A DNA stretch of 64,000 nucleotides from Tubulanus polymorphus (Eukaryota; Animalia; Nemertea). The notes beneath the pieces are model-generated. The model did no database searches, had not been told where the DNA came from, and saw nothing but the letters and a program-made list of their open reading frames with translations. The position numbers and the translations under genes were made by a program. Below, piece after piece: positions 12,603 to 26,637 of this stretch; position 1 is the stretch's first letter; each line of letters begins with the position of its first letter. The stretch lies in the NCBI RefSeq assembly GCF_964204645.1, contig NC_134027.1, forward strand, positions 22,344,560 through 22,408,559. The letters are read 5' to 3'.

Positions 12603-12877
12603 TTTGATGTTCATTAGGGTTATTTGCTATTTTGCAGAAAACCCCTCTGCAATTCTCATGATTATTCTTTACTACGGTACTATGCATCTTCTAATCTTTG
12701 AAAGTCTCCGAGGAACCAATTTCAACAATAATGGTCGATCGCCACGATGAAATGAACTTCACAAGAACTAATTATAGTTGCAATGTTAAGAAACTGATTT
12801 TATTGAAACCTTCACTAGAGGGCGGTATACCACAAACACCATTAGCTAACACTATAGATAGCTCAATAAAAAATAAA

Positions 12878-13094
12878 CAGGGTGTCCCAAAAACGTGTTA
12901 CCGTAGGTTTAAGATTAGTTGTTCATTATTATTGAAAAAAAGAAATTTGGGAGGTAAGGTAACGGTAAGGGTAAGGGGGTAGGACCTGGGTGTTCGCTCG
13001 AGGATGAAATTTTGATGTGCAAAAGAGTCATGCACGGCTAAGCCCTAAATAATTAATTCTAAAAATTGGGTAACACATTTTCTGAGACACCCTG
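12878..13094. mobile_element. Tc1/mariner-type MITE (CAGGGTGTC termini)
   Basis: CAGGGTGTCCCAAAAACGTGTTACC ... GGTAACACATTTTCTGAGACACCCTG followed by TA. Split halves recur at 26913-27085 and (inverted) 25191-25259. Confidence 0.7.
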
Positions 13095-15648
13095 TATGAG
13101 TTCAAGGATTCTAATCAAAGTCCAGCAGCTCCGATCCGAGACGCCATTTTGTATTCAGTCAGCGGAGCAAGAATGGGGTGGCTCCGCAAATAAACAAATC
13201 AATTTAAATCATTTGAAACTTTTTTGGTCATTTTGTTTACAAATACGCATCAGATTGCATATACTAGATTTCTAGCCACGGAAAACTCGGATTGCTAATA
13301 GCTGTTTAATTTAGCAAAAGGCAATGTGTTTTACACTTGATCGCTATATGGTCTTAAATCCCCGTTTCCTGTAATCGTTCAACTAATTCTCTATTAGGTC
13401 AATAAAATCCGATTGTCATCTATTGCAACAATGAAACATTTTATCATTGAAATCAACGTAAAACCTTAGCTGTCGGGTGGAAATAATCATCCGTTACTTT
13501 ATCAACGACAAAATGGATAGATGACAACACCAACTCGATTGTTCAACTAACTTTTCCTTTTTTGCGATTTTCTTACAGGATCATGAGAAGTATTTGCAAA
13601 AACTATGGTTTTCCTTGGATAACCTACAGAAGGTGTCACGGTGACAGAGGATGCTGACGAACTGCGACCTGCTGGCTGGGTATAATGATATATAATCCAT
13701 ATTCAAGCTTCGCTAGACGAATACATTCAATTCTTACAAAGGAACGCTGTAAAACCCGGGCAGTTATCAACACAATATTATCATCCATAAAGCCTTTCCA
13801 AGCCTGTACAAATCATTCTATAGCATTCAAAAACATATACGAACCGAGGGCTCAATCAAAATAAAGACTTGAAATCTGCAAAAGCCGAAAATACAGTTTT
13901 AATGTTCAAAATGCGCCCCACCTCATAGAGAAGGCAAACCGGGGGGAAATCCATTCTAGCATGCCAATATACTGCACTTGCCTCTGTTGACTTATTCACC
14001 AAAAAATGTCTCGTGTTTTTCGATCGAAATTTAATTCTTATGAAGAAATTATTTTCACTCACGAATATTTTTCTGTGGAAATTTTTATGACGATTTCATT
14101 TTTTTGTCAGGAAACATTTTCACGGCCCTTATCAGCCACTATACTTTTCACTACAGAATGTGTATAGGCTCCATACGTCGACGTTGAATCTACAAAAGCT
14201 CTTATTCGATATCGAAAAAGCCCGAACAACGCGCAGATAAAGTTTGTCTTTACAAATCTTAACAAGACAATTTATAATCGATACAAGATACACTATTTGG
14301 CACCTCGACAACATGTACATTAGATTGAGCCACAGGCACTTGTCTTATATAATGGGTTTTGACCTTGCTGACGTGATAAATTTTACCGTAATCTACGATA
14401 AAAAATTCACCGGGTTCGCGCCATCTTAGTTATCTATGATGCAACTGTTTTACCCACGATCCAATGCGCCCCCTTTCATTTATCTATAATATAGGCCCAC
14501 AGAGAGGTAAGAAACGACCCTTAAACTTCTCCGTATAACAACATAATTGGATTGCGGGGTTTCGCGATCTGCCAATGACGACAAATGTAAACATAACCAC
14601 GTGCATCGCGCTCATGCGCAATACGAACATGAAAACAAAAACTCTCGTTAGCGCCGAACCTAATTTGAATATTCAAATTCAACCGACAGCGAATAAAAAA
14701 ATTGGCTTTTCCCCATTGATTATTTCAACGAAAGCCAGCTAGACCTTCAAATTGTGGATGGAACGAAATCAGCAAATTCATTCTAGTCGTCACATACGTA
14801 CGGAAGCGTCCTTGGTCACTGGCGTTCTAGTGTGCGCTATCGTCCGCACACTACCCATATACACATTAAACTATTGACTCTACAAAGTTGATGAGATGTC
14901 CAAACGTGACTGGGCCAACTACAAATATATAGAGTCGACCGGATGCCTTGAAGTTAACCCTTCAATCGATCACCTGATAATCTTGTCGTTTCCGGATTCC
15001 CCATTTTGGCGAGATGGTTTAGTTACTGAGTGGAACCGTGCGGTGAAGAAGAAACACATTTTATTAACTACACCAACCCGTTTCAACTGTAGATGGATGG
15101 AGCCCCACAATCGAATTTCAATCGGCAAAATTTATTAAAAACATGACCACAAAATTTCGGCTGTTGACGAAACGATATCATCAGTTGGAATGACTTGAAG
15201 CAGACAAACTCCACATCGACCTAGCCAAGAGAAACGCATTTTTGAAATCGAATTAACCAAAAAGGGTTTAGACTAGGACACAAGGCTTTTTCCTCTATCC
15301 CGCTCCCCCGTACTGTTCATTTTTACCAAATATTGAAAGCCCCCCCCCCCCCAACAGGTACGTATCAATTGAACAATAGAACTCAGAAACAACTGCCTTT
15401 GAGAACTCCTAGGTACTGGCCCGTGTATTCTTGTTTATATTCAATTTACGCAGTTACATTCACATTTCGCACGATATAGACTTTTATAAAAGTGAATTGA
15501 GTGAATTGCAATGGATCATCTTCATTGGCTGCAAACTGCAAACAATAAATCTAACAAATTAATTTTAGCTACGTGTTGGATTGAATTGAAAGTTACAGTG
15601 GCGTATCAGATATCATGTAAATGATATTATATAGTTATATAGTTATGA

Positions 15649-15855
<207 letters not shown>

Positions 15856-16440
15856 AGTTCGATGCATTTCAATTAATTTCATACACAAAGTGAAATTGGA
15901 TTCGTGCAAATTCGCAGTTCTTCTACCGATTAATGGCCACCATCAACCAGTGAAGAATTTTGCCATCGATAAGCTTTTATGCTTAGTATGTTTTTTCTTT
16001 TTGAAACTTGGCCGAGTGTGTCGTAATCTGAGTTGGGGGGATTTGCTATTTTTTATAAGTCTAGATTTGTTTCTGTTAGTCTCCCTTATCATCTCATTTT
16101 ATAGAACAAATTGCTATGTTGTGATGTCTTGTAGAATGCGGCAAACTGGCAGAAGTTCCAATCGAGACGCTATACGTGCTGCATTCTACGGAGTCGGAGA
16201 TATGGTAAATGTGTGAAATACGCTCTGCAACTCATTTGGTCGGTTTTCGAATACAGGTCTAGCTATTGGACTGCAACCTTCACCTTGTAGACATGCCAAA
16301 CCGGGGGAAAATCCATTTAAACGCGCCATTATACTTCACCCGCCTCTTTGACTTATTCACCAATAAAAATGCCTGGTGATGTTCCGTATCCAGGACTAGT
16401 TAGTTCATCCCGGCATCATCTAATAACCGAAACTGCTGAA

Positions 16441-19045
16441 ATGCAATTGAAATTTGTATATTTTACATTTTTGCTGAAAATCTGCGAATACACTCTTAGA
16501 ACAAATGGTTCTTCGGGGGTTCTTCGAAGAACCTTGGGGTTCTTGGTGAGGCTTTAAGGTGCTTCAACAATATGGAATGCAGATTGGGGTTCTTCGAGAC
16601 ATAAGGGTTCTTATAAGAACCCTAGAGTGGTCACAATTGTCAATTAAGAATTAAGTACACCTGCACCAGGGAATAATTAGTATAGCTGATGAATATAACT
16701 GATTTTCTATGTGGTGTAGGTTATATACAAAACATTTTGACTGGAAATTAGAATTGGGTTAACTTTGAAAACAATTTACTATGTATCATCACAATATCTT
16801 AGAATTGGTGACCGTGTGCGACAAGGATGCATTTTTTAAATTAATGAACCTTTATTTTAATTCGTCCTTTAAGATTTAAAAAGTCGTATGTTCAAAATGT
16901 GTGTTGAACGCCTTTAATGTGTGATAATTATATGTAGAGACTGAATAACTTGATTTGCTAGTCTGAGACATCGACTAGGTTTTATGGAGAGACGGCAGAG
17001 AAAAGAACAAATGCTTTTTAATGCTTTAAAAAAACAATTAAACTCTTCTAAACTCTAAGCGTTTCTGAATGGACTGTGCAGTTTAAAAAGAACTAGTAAA
17101 TTCAAAGTTCTAATGCAACTCAAAAATGAGAATTGTGTGTATTTTCGGCTCAATTTCTATCAAAACATTCAGTCGAAGTCATTGTACATTTTTTGTTGAA
17201 TAAAAACATAGAGTATAGTGGAAATTCAAAGTAACGTAATGCTTTGGGCCTAATAAGTATCATGCTATTGTAGTTCGTGCCTATAGGGCCATGTGTACAT
17301 GATCAGGCAATTATTCCTTTGTTCATGCAACTAACTGTTGTATAATTATCTGTCACCACGACTCATACAAACTTCGCTCAGTGCATAGTGCATATAGTAT
17401 ATCGACTTGTTCTTTTCGTTGTTTTGTAAGATGAATATCTGGAGCTTGGAAATGTGAATTAATTCTGGTAAGTAGTATTCAATGAATGTATATAACATTT
17501 GTGATATTTGAAATATATGAAATATAGGCCATAAAGCCGGAGTGACTCGGAATCGGATCAGTCATAACTATTATTTAAAACTTTCCCATTACTTTTGTAT
17601 TATAGAAATTGTTCCATGGAAGTTGACCATATTGTGAGACCGCGGTGCAAAAGATGTTTTTTCCAATCTCGGACCTAAGGCGGAAAGAATTAAAGAAATG
17701 GTACGAAGTCTGTACATTTGGCAATCGTGTCGCTTCCTTCCTTCGAAGTAGCGAAATTGCAGAAACAGGTTAGTAAATCTTGACTCAATGAGCCTTTACT
17801 GTGTGACTGTATTTTGGTAGAAGATAATCATTTTCAATCTACATATTCACTGGTTTTCAGATATGATGAGAACAGCAGAGCTTCACGTATTACCAGGGAT
17901 TTTGAGAGAAGATGCGAAAGACCTGAAAACCATTAAAAAGGTTCGTATTTTTCTGAATCTAATCACACTGTTAACTTTAACCGTTTGTCTTTTCTATTGA
18001 TAAATGTATTTGGAACTTATGCATGTAATACAAGAAAGTGTTTAGATTTACTTGCAGAGTGTGCATTATTGCAAAACATAATCGATTTTATTACACCATT
18101 AATTGTTCTCAATATTATTTATATTTCAGGAAATATACGACTATAATCCGGACGTTGCGGTTGAAAGGTTGCGAGGGTGGCAGCGCGTTGAAACAAACTT
18201 ATTTAGAAGATGGCTTATAGTTAATTGAAAGTGGACAGATTCTTAATAAGCGGAGTGGCCTGCCATAAGTCGGCCTATTATACGTTTAGCATATCATCTT
18301 ACATCTTATCCCACTTCCTCAATCTTATTGTACATGTAACCAATTAGTGAAACTATTTTTGTATCATTTATTGTAAACATATTTATCATTAATATTTCAA
18401 TTCATGAGATTTTATAATAAAAAGGTTTATATGATATAAATTTTAAGCGATTCTTATCATCAGTTTTTTTATCCACATGAGGATTAAGGGAGCAGTCAAA
18501 CATAACAGAGGATGGACAAATCATGAACAGCTTGAGCAGTCAAAAAATGAATGAGGAACCCTAAAAATAAATTACCTTTAAATGGCTCTCCCAAGAACCC
18601 TGTCAAGAACCATTTGATAATATTGAAAGGGTTCTAACAAGAACCCTTTATACGAAATGGTTCTTCAAAGAACCTTTACCAGGGGTTCTTCAAGGAACCC
18701 TGCAAAAAAGGTTCTTTGAAGAACCTTTAGGGGTTCTCCCTGGGAGGCAAGCCCAAGAACCCCTAAAGGTTCTACGGTAGAACCCTTTGTTCTAAGAGTG
18801 TATTTCGAAACGTGCTCGGTATATTTCGCAGAAGTAGCGACCAGAGGAAACGATTACTCGATAGATGGACCGTATCTGTCTATTGATAAGAATTCAGCCT
18901 CTTTGATCAGTTGCAGCGCCGCGTGTTCACTGGATACTAAATGCAAATCGTTCAATTATCACGGAGATTCCAGCGTTTGCAATTGAGTGACAAGTTTCCA
19001 ACTGGTCCGACGTTCAGGCAGAGAAATGGCACAGCATTTAGATAC
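16441..19045 (+). pseudogene. PAN-exon pseudogene interrupted by a DNA transposon
   Basis: MQLKFVYFTFLLKICE at 16441 resumes as YFETCSVYFAEVATRG... at 18801. Carries a 1-bp deletion (tgcaattg vs tgcgaattg) and loses the splice donor at 19045. Paralog of 32667-32963. Confidence 0.9.
16491..18800. mobile_element. Non-autonomous CMC/EnSpm-like DNA transposon, 2310 bp
   Basis: TIR CACTCTTAGAACAAA(T/G)GGTTCT / AGAACCCTTTGTTCTAAGAGTG, TA duplicated on both sides, many subterminal GGTTCTT/AAGAACC repeats. The empty site is visible at ~32715. Confidence 0.88.
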
Positions 19046-19162
19046 ACGTTTTAAAACAACTTCTACCTGTTGCTAATTGGTCAGGTTTTCCAATAAATTC
19101 ATTGAATAAAAGCATCACTCCCTACAGTCAGCCTTTGTGAGGAGTCAAAATCGTTTGTAAAG

Positions 19163-19640
19163 TTGCATTTTGTGGAACTGGATGCAGAATAAGATTAAAC
19201 CCAAGCAATATGGGAGTAAAATGAATTCAGAGACAAATTGAACCCATGAATACATAGTAAAATCATTAACTAAACTTATACAACGGTGGACCTTGCTCAC
19301 AATATATATGAAATTTGATAACATCATATCCTATCAAATCGGATTTAGAATTTCTACATGTGAAATTCTGTATGCTTTTTGGCAAGATTATAAAATGCAG
19401 CCCCTATCAATTGATGTAATTTCTTCCATCGCCATTATCTCAGAGCTCAACAGACTCTGAATTAGTGGATCATTCTGGAAGTATATATTGAATACTACGC
19501 TTTCTCTTGTCTATCATTGTTTTTAAGGAAGCGCATCGGGTAGTATATAATTTTCAACACTCTATAATCAAATCCTTTTCGAGTATCATAGACGTGTTCC
19601 AGCATCGCGCACTCGTCAGTGATGTTAAACGCTTCAGTTG
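19163..19640 (+). pseudogene. 5' flank and first ~6 codons of a third family-B GPCR copy, truncated by the Bel/Pao fragment
   Basis: Matches 11161-11640 and 25257-25675, ending at ATGTTAAACGCTTCAGTTG. Confidence 0.85.
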
Positions 19641-20996
19641 CATTCATTCTTTTGTAACGAAATATGATCGGGCGTCGTTCTAAACCTTCTGAGATATTTA
19701 GTGTAATGGAACGAATCTAGTGGGTGCTGAAAAAGATTTGCGTGAAACTTTATTGCAATTAAATCAGCATCAAATACACAATTTTCTACTTCAGCGTGGA
19801 ATTAAATGGCATTTTTTCACCTCCCTGTGCACCTCACTTTGAGGGTGCATGGGATAGACTCGTTAAATCAACAAAACGAGTACTTAAACAGGTTCTCAAA
19901 GAATAATTGGTAACAGAATCCGTATTAAGAACGGCTTTGATTGAGACCGAAGCTGTTATCAACAGTAGGCCTATTTACATATGATAGTAGTGATCCAACA
20001 GATTTCACCCCTATCACTCCGAATCATTTTTTGTTGGGAGGTTCCTGTAATATTGAATGTCCAGGTGTATCTTGCGAGAAAGAAATCAACAGTCGAAAAC
20101 GGTGGCGTCAAAGCCAAGTGATCGCTGACCATATCTGGCGTCGGTGGTGTAGAGAATATCTACCCAATATAACGGTACGAAAAAAATGGTTTAAAGACAG
20201 CCGTGTAATGAAAACTGGTGATTTAGTTGTGCTCGTTGACACCAACCTACCTCGTAGCCAGTGGCTTTTAGCTAGAGTGATTGAAGTTTGCCCGGGTGCG
20301 GATGGTTGTTAGAGTTTTTGAGACCGGTAACAAAGGTTGCTGTTCTTGAAGAAAGTGTGGATTAATTGAATCATTTCTTGGTTACTGCATTTTGCATTAT
20401 GAAATTAATATGAATTGTATTGATATTTCTATTCAGAGTGTTTGAGTAATGAAATAACGTTTTGACGTAATCAAGTATCAGACGTCAAGGGGGCGCCGTG
20501 TTACATATTAAACTTGTTTTTCTTTTTTTTATTTGTTTGCTTTGCTTAGATACTCATACTTTGTGTTTCTAGGGCTTGATTTGTTTGAATTATTCTACTG
20601 CATTTCTATATTCTGTTTAGATTTCTTGCTTCATTGAATTAAGCTTCCAGAATTTACATGCATGCTATACATATCACATTCACGTCTGTATGGTTTTCTG
20701 TCTGTAGAACTTTATTTAAAGTCATGTCGTAGAATATTTCGGGGCTTTTTGCCAGCATTAGACGTACACTCGACATGGTTCTTGTAAGTAGAAATCTGTT
20801 GGAATTGGAATTTAGGAAATATTTAGGCCTACAATGTACATTACAGATAATTCTTCGATTTATTTTTGTTAATTTTGTTAATTTGAATACTGTATTATTT
20901 GTTTATTTGTAGTTAACCACACATCTTCGTATGTCGGAAATAGAACTTGTGCGTTAAAGAACCGTCGTAATTTTCTTTATGTCGCTCTCGTCGACA
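19641..20996 (+). mobile_element. Bel/Pao LTR retrotransposon 3' fragment: degraded integrase/DUF5641, PPT and 3' LTR (20499-20996)
   Basis: Frameshifted peptides NGTNLVGAE, GIKWHF, APHFEGAWDRLVKS, INSRP, PITPNHFLLG, RKRWRQSQVIADHIWRRWCREYLP, GDLVVL, WLLARVIEVCPGADG. AAGGGGGCGCCG precedes TGT at 20499; ...ACA at 20996 is where host homology resumes. Confidence 0.9.
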
Positions 20997-21182
20997 AAAT
21001 GCATCAAACTTAAAATCAAGCAGAAACTGAAAACTATAAAGAAAATGAGCATTCAAATTATTCATATCTTTCGAATGAAATTTCAACAAAATACAGTTAA
21101 AATTTTAAGTATATATGATATATGCTTATAACATATGCGCTAAGTAACTGGCGTATCAGATATCAATATCGTAAGATCTACA

Positions 21183-21379
<197 letters not shown>

Positions 21380-21908
21380 TGATCGTCTAACGTAAAATAA
21401 CAGAAAGAAACTGACCAAACAGTTATAGTATCAATTACTGTGTATGCTGCATGAATGTATTTCTATAGCAATCTTGTACTTAATTCAATGTCAGAATAAA
21501 CTTTACTTACTTACTTACTTACTACATTACGTATTTCTTTCTCTAAGAAAAATTGTGAAACAAAATGCTATATTGTACTGTGAGAATTTTGTATGTTTAC
21601 ATTTTCGTTTGTTGCTGAACATTCTTGAGTGTTTTTCCGACTGATATATTCTTCATATTCTTAAATACTTTCCCTTTAAACTGAAACTCTTCAAAATGAA
21701 ACTGTTTGTTCCTTTATGGATTTTTAATTTTTCCTTTACATCAGCTTGATCATCAGCCCCTGGTAGTCCATTAAAAGAATGTCTGTCGAATCCTTGACAA
21801 TTTGATATAATCTTGCATAATATAGGGTGTATATAGATTCGTTAATTGTAAATCTCTATTAACCATTTTCTTGAGTTTATGATGGGTAAACTTGAAATCA
21901 ATGGTTAT

Positions 21909-22859
21909 CTATCTGACTGATTTTCTACAGCGGATTTTCATACAGAAATATTCGCGAATTTCTCGTCCCAGTAGAAGATATATGTAGAAATTTACCGCAT
22001 AGTTACCGACTTGAAACTGGACAAATATGTCATATAGAAATTCTCCCTGTTCCGGTGAGATGGGTAACAATGAAGTGATAGCGGACGGAAGTAGGAATAT
22101 TGCAAATGCGAGTGAAACTGTTATAAGCATTATTGTTATACGTTTTGATTTTGTAGTTTTCTGATCAGACGAAACTATTTTTGAACCTCTAAATAACTCA
22201 ACTATTATAACCGAATTTGATGTGATAATGAAAGTTAAAGGCACCACATAAACATGTACGACGAATACTATGAAATATGTGATTTGATCACTTAGCTTAT
22301 AGAAACATCCAAAGAACTGGTCAGCAAAATGGATCGACAAACCAGGTGTGAGAGATAGAACCAGTACATTCACTGCAGTAATTATTAATGTAGCAAATCT
22401 AGCGAATCTCGGTGTACATATCAAACGAGATGTGAACGGGAAGAGCACAACTGCCGCACGTTCTTGAGATATTGCTACTATCAACCACGAACTATTGCAG
22501 GCTGCAAGCGCCATAAGAAATTCATATATTTGACAACTGATCACTGAATCTATGATAAATATTGGGCCAGTGTCTAGACGATAGAGAACAAACTGTAAAA
22601 CAGGCATCAGTGCAACATTGATACAGTATATGGAATCACTGACTGACAGAACGATCAGATAGTTAGCGTAAGATAAACTGCGGAATCTACGACTTATCAT
22701 TATCAGGAAAGTAGCTGAGTTCCCAAACGCTCCAAACAGGAACAAAGTAGGCAGAATGACCACTGACACAGTACGATAAATTCCAGACCTGTTCACCACA
22801 GACATGAGCACGATGTAACTGTTATAAGTTCTGCCGATTTGCGTCTGAGTAGAATTCAT
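21909..22859 (-). CDS. Single-exon class A GPCR (family C), 316 aa
   Basis: NST/NRS sequons, TM1 GAFGN, TM2 LSVSD, TM3 Cys plus SQERAAVVLFPF, TM6 FAIFLLP, TM7 NYAVNFYIYLLLGREIR. Confidence 0.92.
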   Translation of the reverse strand: MNSTQTQIGRTYNSYIVLMSVVNRSGIYRTVSVVILPTLFLFGAFGNSATFLIMISRRFRSLSYANYLIVLSVSDSIYCINVALMPVLQFVLYRLDTGPIFIIDSVISCQIYEFLMALAACNSSWLIVAISQERAAVVLFPFTSRLICTPRFARFATLIITAVNVLVLSLTPGLSIHFADQFFGCFYKLSDQITYFIVFVVHVYVVPLTFIITSNSVIIVELFRGSKIVSSDQKTTKSKRITIMLITVSLAFAIFLLPSAITSLLPISPEQGEFLYDIFVQFQVGNYAVNFYIYLLLGREIREYFCMKIRCRKSVR

Positions 22860-25656
22860 GATTCATGAGGTACAAATCAGAATGTACTGATTGTCTGAGA
22901 GTTTACTGCACCGAGCGTGTCTTCTCGCGTATTGGAAAACGAATCAACAATTCAACACGTAACTACAATTAATTTGTTAGATTTATTATTTGCAGCGAAT
23001 GAAGATGATCCATTGCAATTTACTCAATTTATGAAAATCTATATCGTGCGAAATATGAATATAACTACGTAAATTGAATATAACCATTCATTACACAAGA
23101 ATTCATTGTAAATGGTGAAATGTGTTTTAGTAAAACATTTGAACAGGTCGCAAAATGTACGGTCCTTTACAGAGAATATGCATGAGGAAAAAATAGGCGG
23201 CATCAGGTCATTATCTAATCACGGTAAATACACGGGCCAGTACCTAGCAGTTCTCAAAGGCAGTTGTTTCTGAGTTCAATTGTTACGTACCTGTTTGGGG
23301 GGGGGGGGGGTTCTCAATATTTGGTAAAAATAAACAGTACGGGGGAGCGGGATTGAGGAAAAAGCCTTGTGGTCAGTCTAAACCCTTTTTGGTTAATTCT
23401 ATTTCAAAAATGCGTTTCTCTTGGCTAGGTCGATGTGGAGTTTGTCTGCTTCAAGTCATTCCAACTGATGATATCGGTTCGTCAACAGCCGAAATGTTGT
23501 GGTCGTGTTTTTAATAAATTTTGTCGATAGAAATTCGATTGTGGGGCTCCATCCATTTACAGTTGAAACGGATTGGTGTAGTTAATAAAATGTGTTTCTT
23601 CTTCACCGCACGGTTCCACTCAGTAACTAAACCATCTCGCCAAAATGGGGAATCCGGAAACGACAATATTATCAGGTGATCGATTGAAGGGTTAACTTCA
23701 AGGCATCCGGTCGTCTCTATATTTGTAGTTGGGCCATTGAGGTTTGGGCATCTCATCAACTTTGTAGAGTCAATAGTTTAATGTGTATATGGGTAGTGTG
23801 CGAACGATAGCGCACACAAGATAATATACCAAGAAATAATAAATTTTCTCTGATGTCCCAAGGACGCTTCCGTACGTATGTGACGACTAGAAAGACAAGT
23901 GCCTGAGGCTCAATCTAATGTACATGTTGTGAAGATGCCAAATAGTTTATCTTGTATAGATAATAAATTGTCTTGTTAAGATTTGTAAATACAAACTTTT
24001 TCTGTGCGTTGTTCATGCTTTTTCGATTTCGAATAAGAGCTTTTGTAGATTCAACGTCGACGTATGGAGCCTATACACATTCTGTAGTGAAAAGAAAGGT
24101 GGCTGATAAGGGCCGTGAAAATATTTCCTGACAAAAAAAATGAAATCGTCATAAAAATTTCCGTAGAAAAATATTCGTGAGTGAAAATAATTTCGTCATA
24201 AGAATTAAATTTCGATCGAAAAACACGAGACATTTTTTAGTGAATAAGTCAACAGAGGCAGGTGCAGTATATTGGCATGCTAGAATGGATTTCCCCCCGG
24301 TTTGCCTTCTCTATGAGGTGGGGCGCATATTGAACATTAGAACTGTATTTTCGGCTTTTGCAGATTTCAAGTCTTTTTTTTTGATTGACCCCTCGGTTCG
24401 TCTCCCAGGCAGTCTAGAGTAATTCGTATATGTTTTTGAATGCTATAGAATGATTTGTACAGGCTTGGAAAGGCTTTATGGATGATAATATTGTATTGAT
24501 AACTGCCCGGGTTTTACAGCGTTCCTTGTAAAAATGAATGTATTCGTCTAGCGAAGCTTGAATATGGATTATATATCATTATAGCCAGCCAGCAGGTCGC
24601 AGTTCGTCAGCATTCTCATCGAAATATGAAGAATATATTGTCACCGTGACACCTTCTGTAGGCTATCCAAGGAAAACCATTGTTTTTTGAAAATACTTCT
24701 CATGATCCTATAAGAAAATCGAAAAAAAGGAAAAGTTAGTTGAACAATCGAGTTGGTGTTGTCATCTATCCATTTTGTCGTTGATAAAGTAACGGAGGAT
24801 ATTTCATCCGACAGCTAAGGTTTTACGTTGATTTCAATGATAAAACGTTTCATTGTTGCAATAGATGACTCTCGGATTTTATTGACTCAATACAGAATTA
24901 ATTGAACTAAAACAGGAAACGGGGAAGACTATATAGCGATTAAGAGTAAAAACACATTGCCGTTTGCTTAATTAAAAAGCCATTAGCAATCCGACTTTTC
25001 CGTGGCTAGAAATCTAGTAGATGCAATCTGATGCGTATTTGTAAACAAAATAACCAATGAAGTTTCAAATGATTTACATTGATTTGTATTTGTGGAGCCA
25101 CCCCATTCTTGCTCCACTGACTGAATACAAAATGGTGTCTCAGCATCGGATCGGAGCTGTTGGACTTTGATTAGAATCCTCGAACTCATACAGGGTGTCT
25201 CAGCAAATGTGTTACCCAACTTTAAGAATTAATCATTTAGGGCTTGGGCATGCATGACTGGATGCAGAATTAGATTAAACCCAAGCAACATGGAAGTAAA
25301 GTGAATTCAGAGACAAATTGAACCCGTGAATACATAGTAAAATCATTGACTAAACTTATACAACTGTGGAACTTGCTCACAATCTATATGAAATTGATAA
25401 CATCATATCCTATCGAACCGGATTTAGAATTTCTTCATGTGAAATTCGCTATGCTTTTTGGCAAGATTCTAAAATGCAGCCCCTATCAATTGAAACGCCA
25501 TTATCTCAGGGCTCAACAAACTCTGAAATAGAGGATCATTCTGGAAGTATATATTGCATACGCTTTCTCTTGTACTAGTATATAATTTTCAACACTCTAT
25601 AATCAAATTCTTTTCGAGTATCATAGACGTGTTCCAGCATCGCGCACTCGTCAGTG

Positions 25657-26637
25657 ATGTTAAACGCTTCAGTTGTGCTGAAATGTTTCCCCCGCGATCG
25701 CGTCATTTGGAATATTATCGCAGTAACTGTCATAGGACCGATTGGTTGGTTTGGTCTTGTTTCCAACTCAGTTACTATAATCGTGCTTTATCGGCTGCAT
25801 AAAAGGAATAGCCTCGCGACTTCGCATTTTGTCTTGTTGTTACTGGCCATTTTTGACATTGTCTGTTGCATCGCCGCCATTATTTACAACCATTTCGTTT
25901 GGGTTTTGAAGCTTATTCGCCACGGAAAGACCGGACTGTATTTAGACGTGGGTTTGGGAGCCCCTGAGCTTTATATAGCGGGTAACGTAATCTCAAAATG
26001 GGGTTCTTACGTTAGGAACGGCCTGACGCTTTTAGTGACGTTAGATCGAGCATTTAACATTTGTTTTCCGCTCAAAGCTAAACGATATTGGAAGTTAAAA
26101 CATTGTTATATACTTTCTGCGGTTTGTGTAATCATGTGGACTGGCTTGATTTCTTACCGCGCGCAGGATCGAATTATTGCGTACGTCAACACGACATGTA
26201 CTTACGGCTTGTCTATCCGCGATGCAAAAATAGTTTCCAGTGCCCCCACGTATTCGTATTTGTTAGAAAACATATCCACGACGTATTTACCGTTCGCTCT
26301 TATCCCACTACTGAATACGATTATGATAATTCAACTACGAATTCACGCTAAAAATAGGAAACAACTGATCGGCGCCGACTCGACTAAACAAACTAAACAA
26401 GAGGGAACCGGCAACAAAATGGTATTTGTTGCATCCGCCTTATTCATGGTGTCTGTTTTTCCAGAAATGGCATTCAATATTCTGATCAGATACTTTTCAT
26501 GGGCTGTCATCTGGCCGGTTTTACTTTTGAATGAAATTTTTCAAGCCCTAAATTCGTCTGTGAACGGTATATTTTATTATGTGTACAGTAAAAACTTTCA
26601 ACAAGAAATGAAGTCGTTGCGCTATCGAAGTACATAG
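25657..26637 (+). CDS. Single-exon class A GPCR (family B, copy 2)
   Basis: Same length as 11622-12602 with 18 amino-acid differences; TLDRAFNICFPL, NSSVNGIFYY. Confidence 0.92.
   Translation: MLNASVVLKCFPRDRVIWNIIAVTVIGPIGWFGLVSNSVTIIVLYRLHKRNSLATSHFVLLLLAIFDIVCCIAAIIYNHFVWVLKLIRHGKTGLYLDVGLGAPELYIAGNVISKWGSYVRNGLTLLVTLDRAFNICFPLKAKRYWKLKHCYILSAVCVIMWTGLISYRAQDRIIAYVNTTCTYGLSIRDAKIVSSAPTYSYLLENISTTYLPFALIPLLNTIMIIQLRIHAKNRKQLIGADSTKQTKQEGTGNKMVFVASALFMVSVFPEMAFNILIRYFSWAVIWPVLLLNEIFQALNSSVNGIFYYVYSKNFQQEMKSLRYRST

Noticed and set aside
13066-15138. Short ORFs recurring 4-6 times (MGNTF.., MSENNF.., MSLQIL.., GCLEVNPS..)
   Set aside because: Recurrence is explained by segmental duplication; starts, stops and frames differ between diverged copies.
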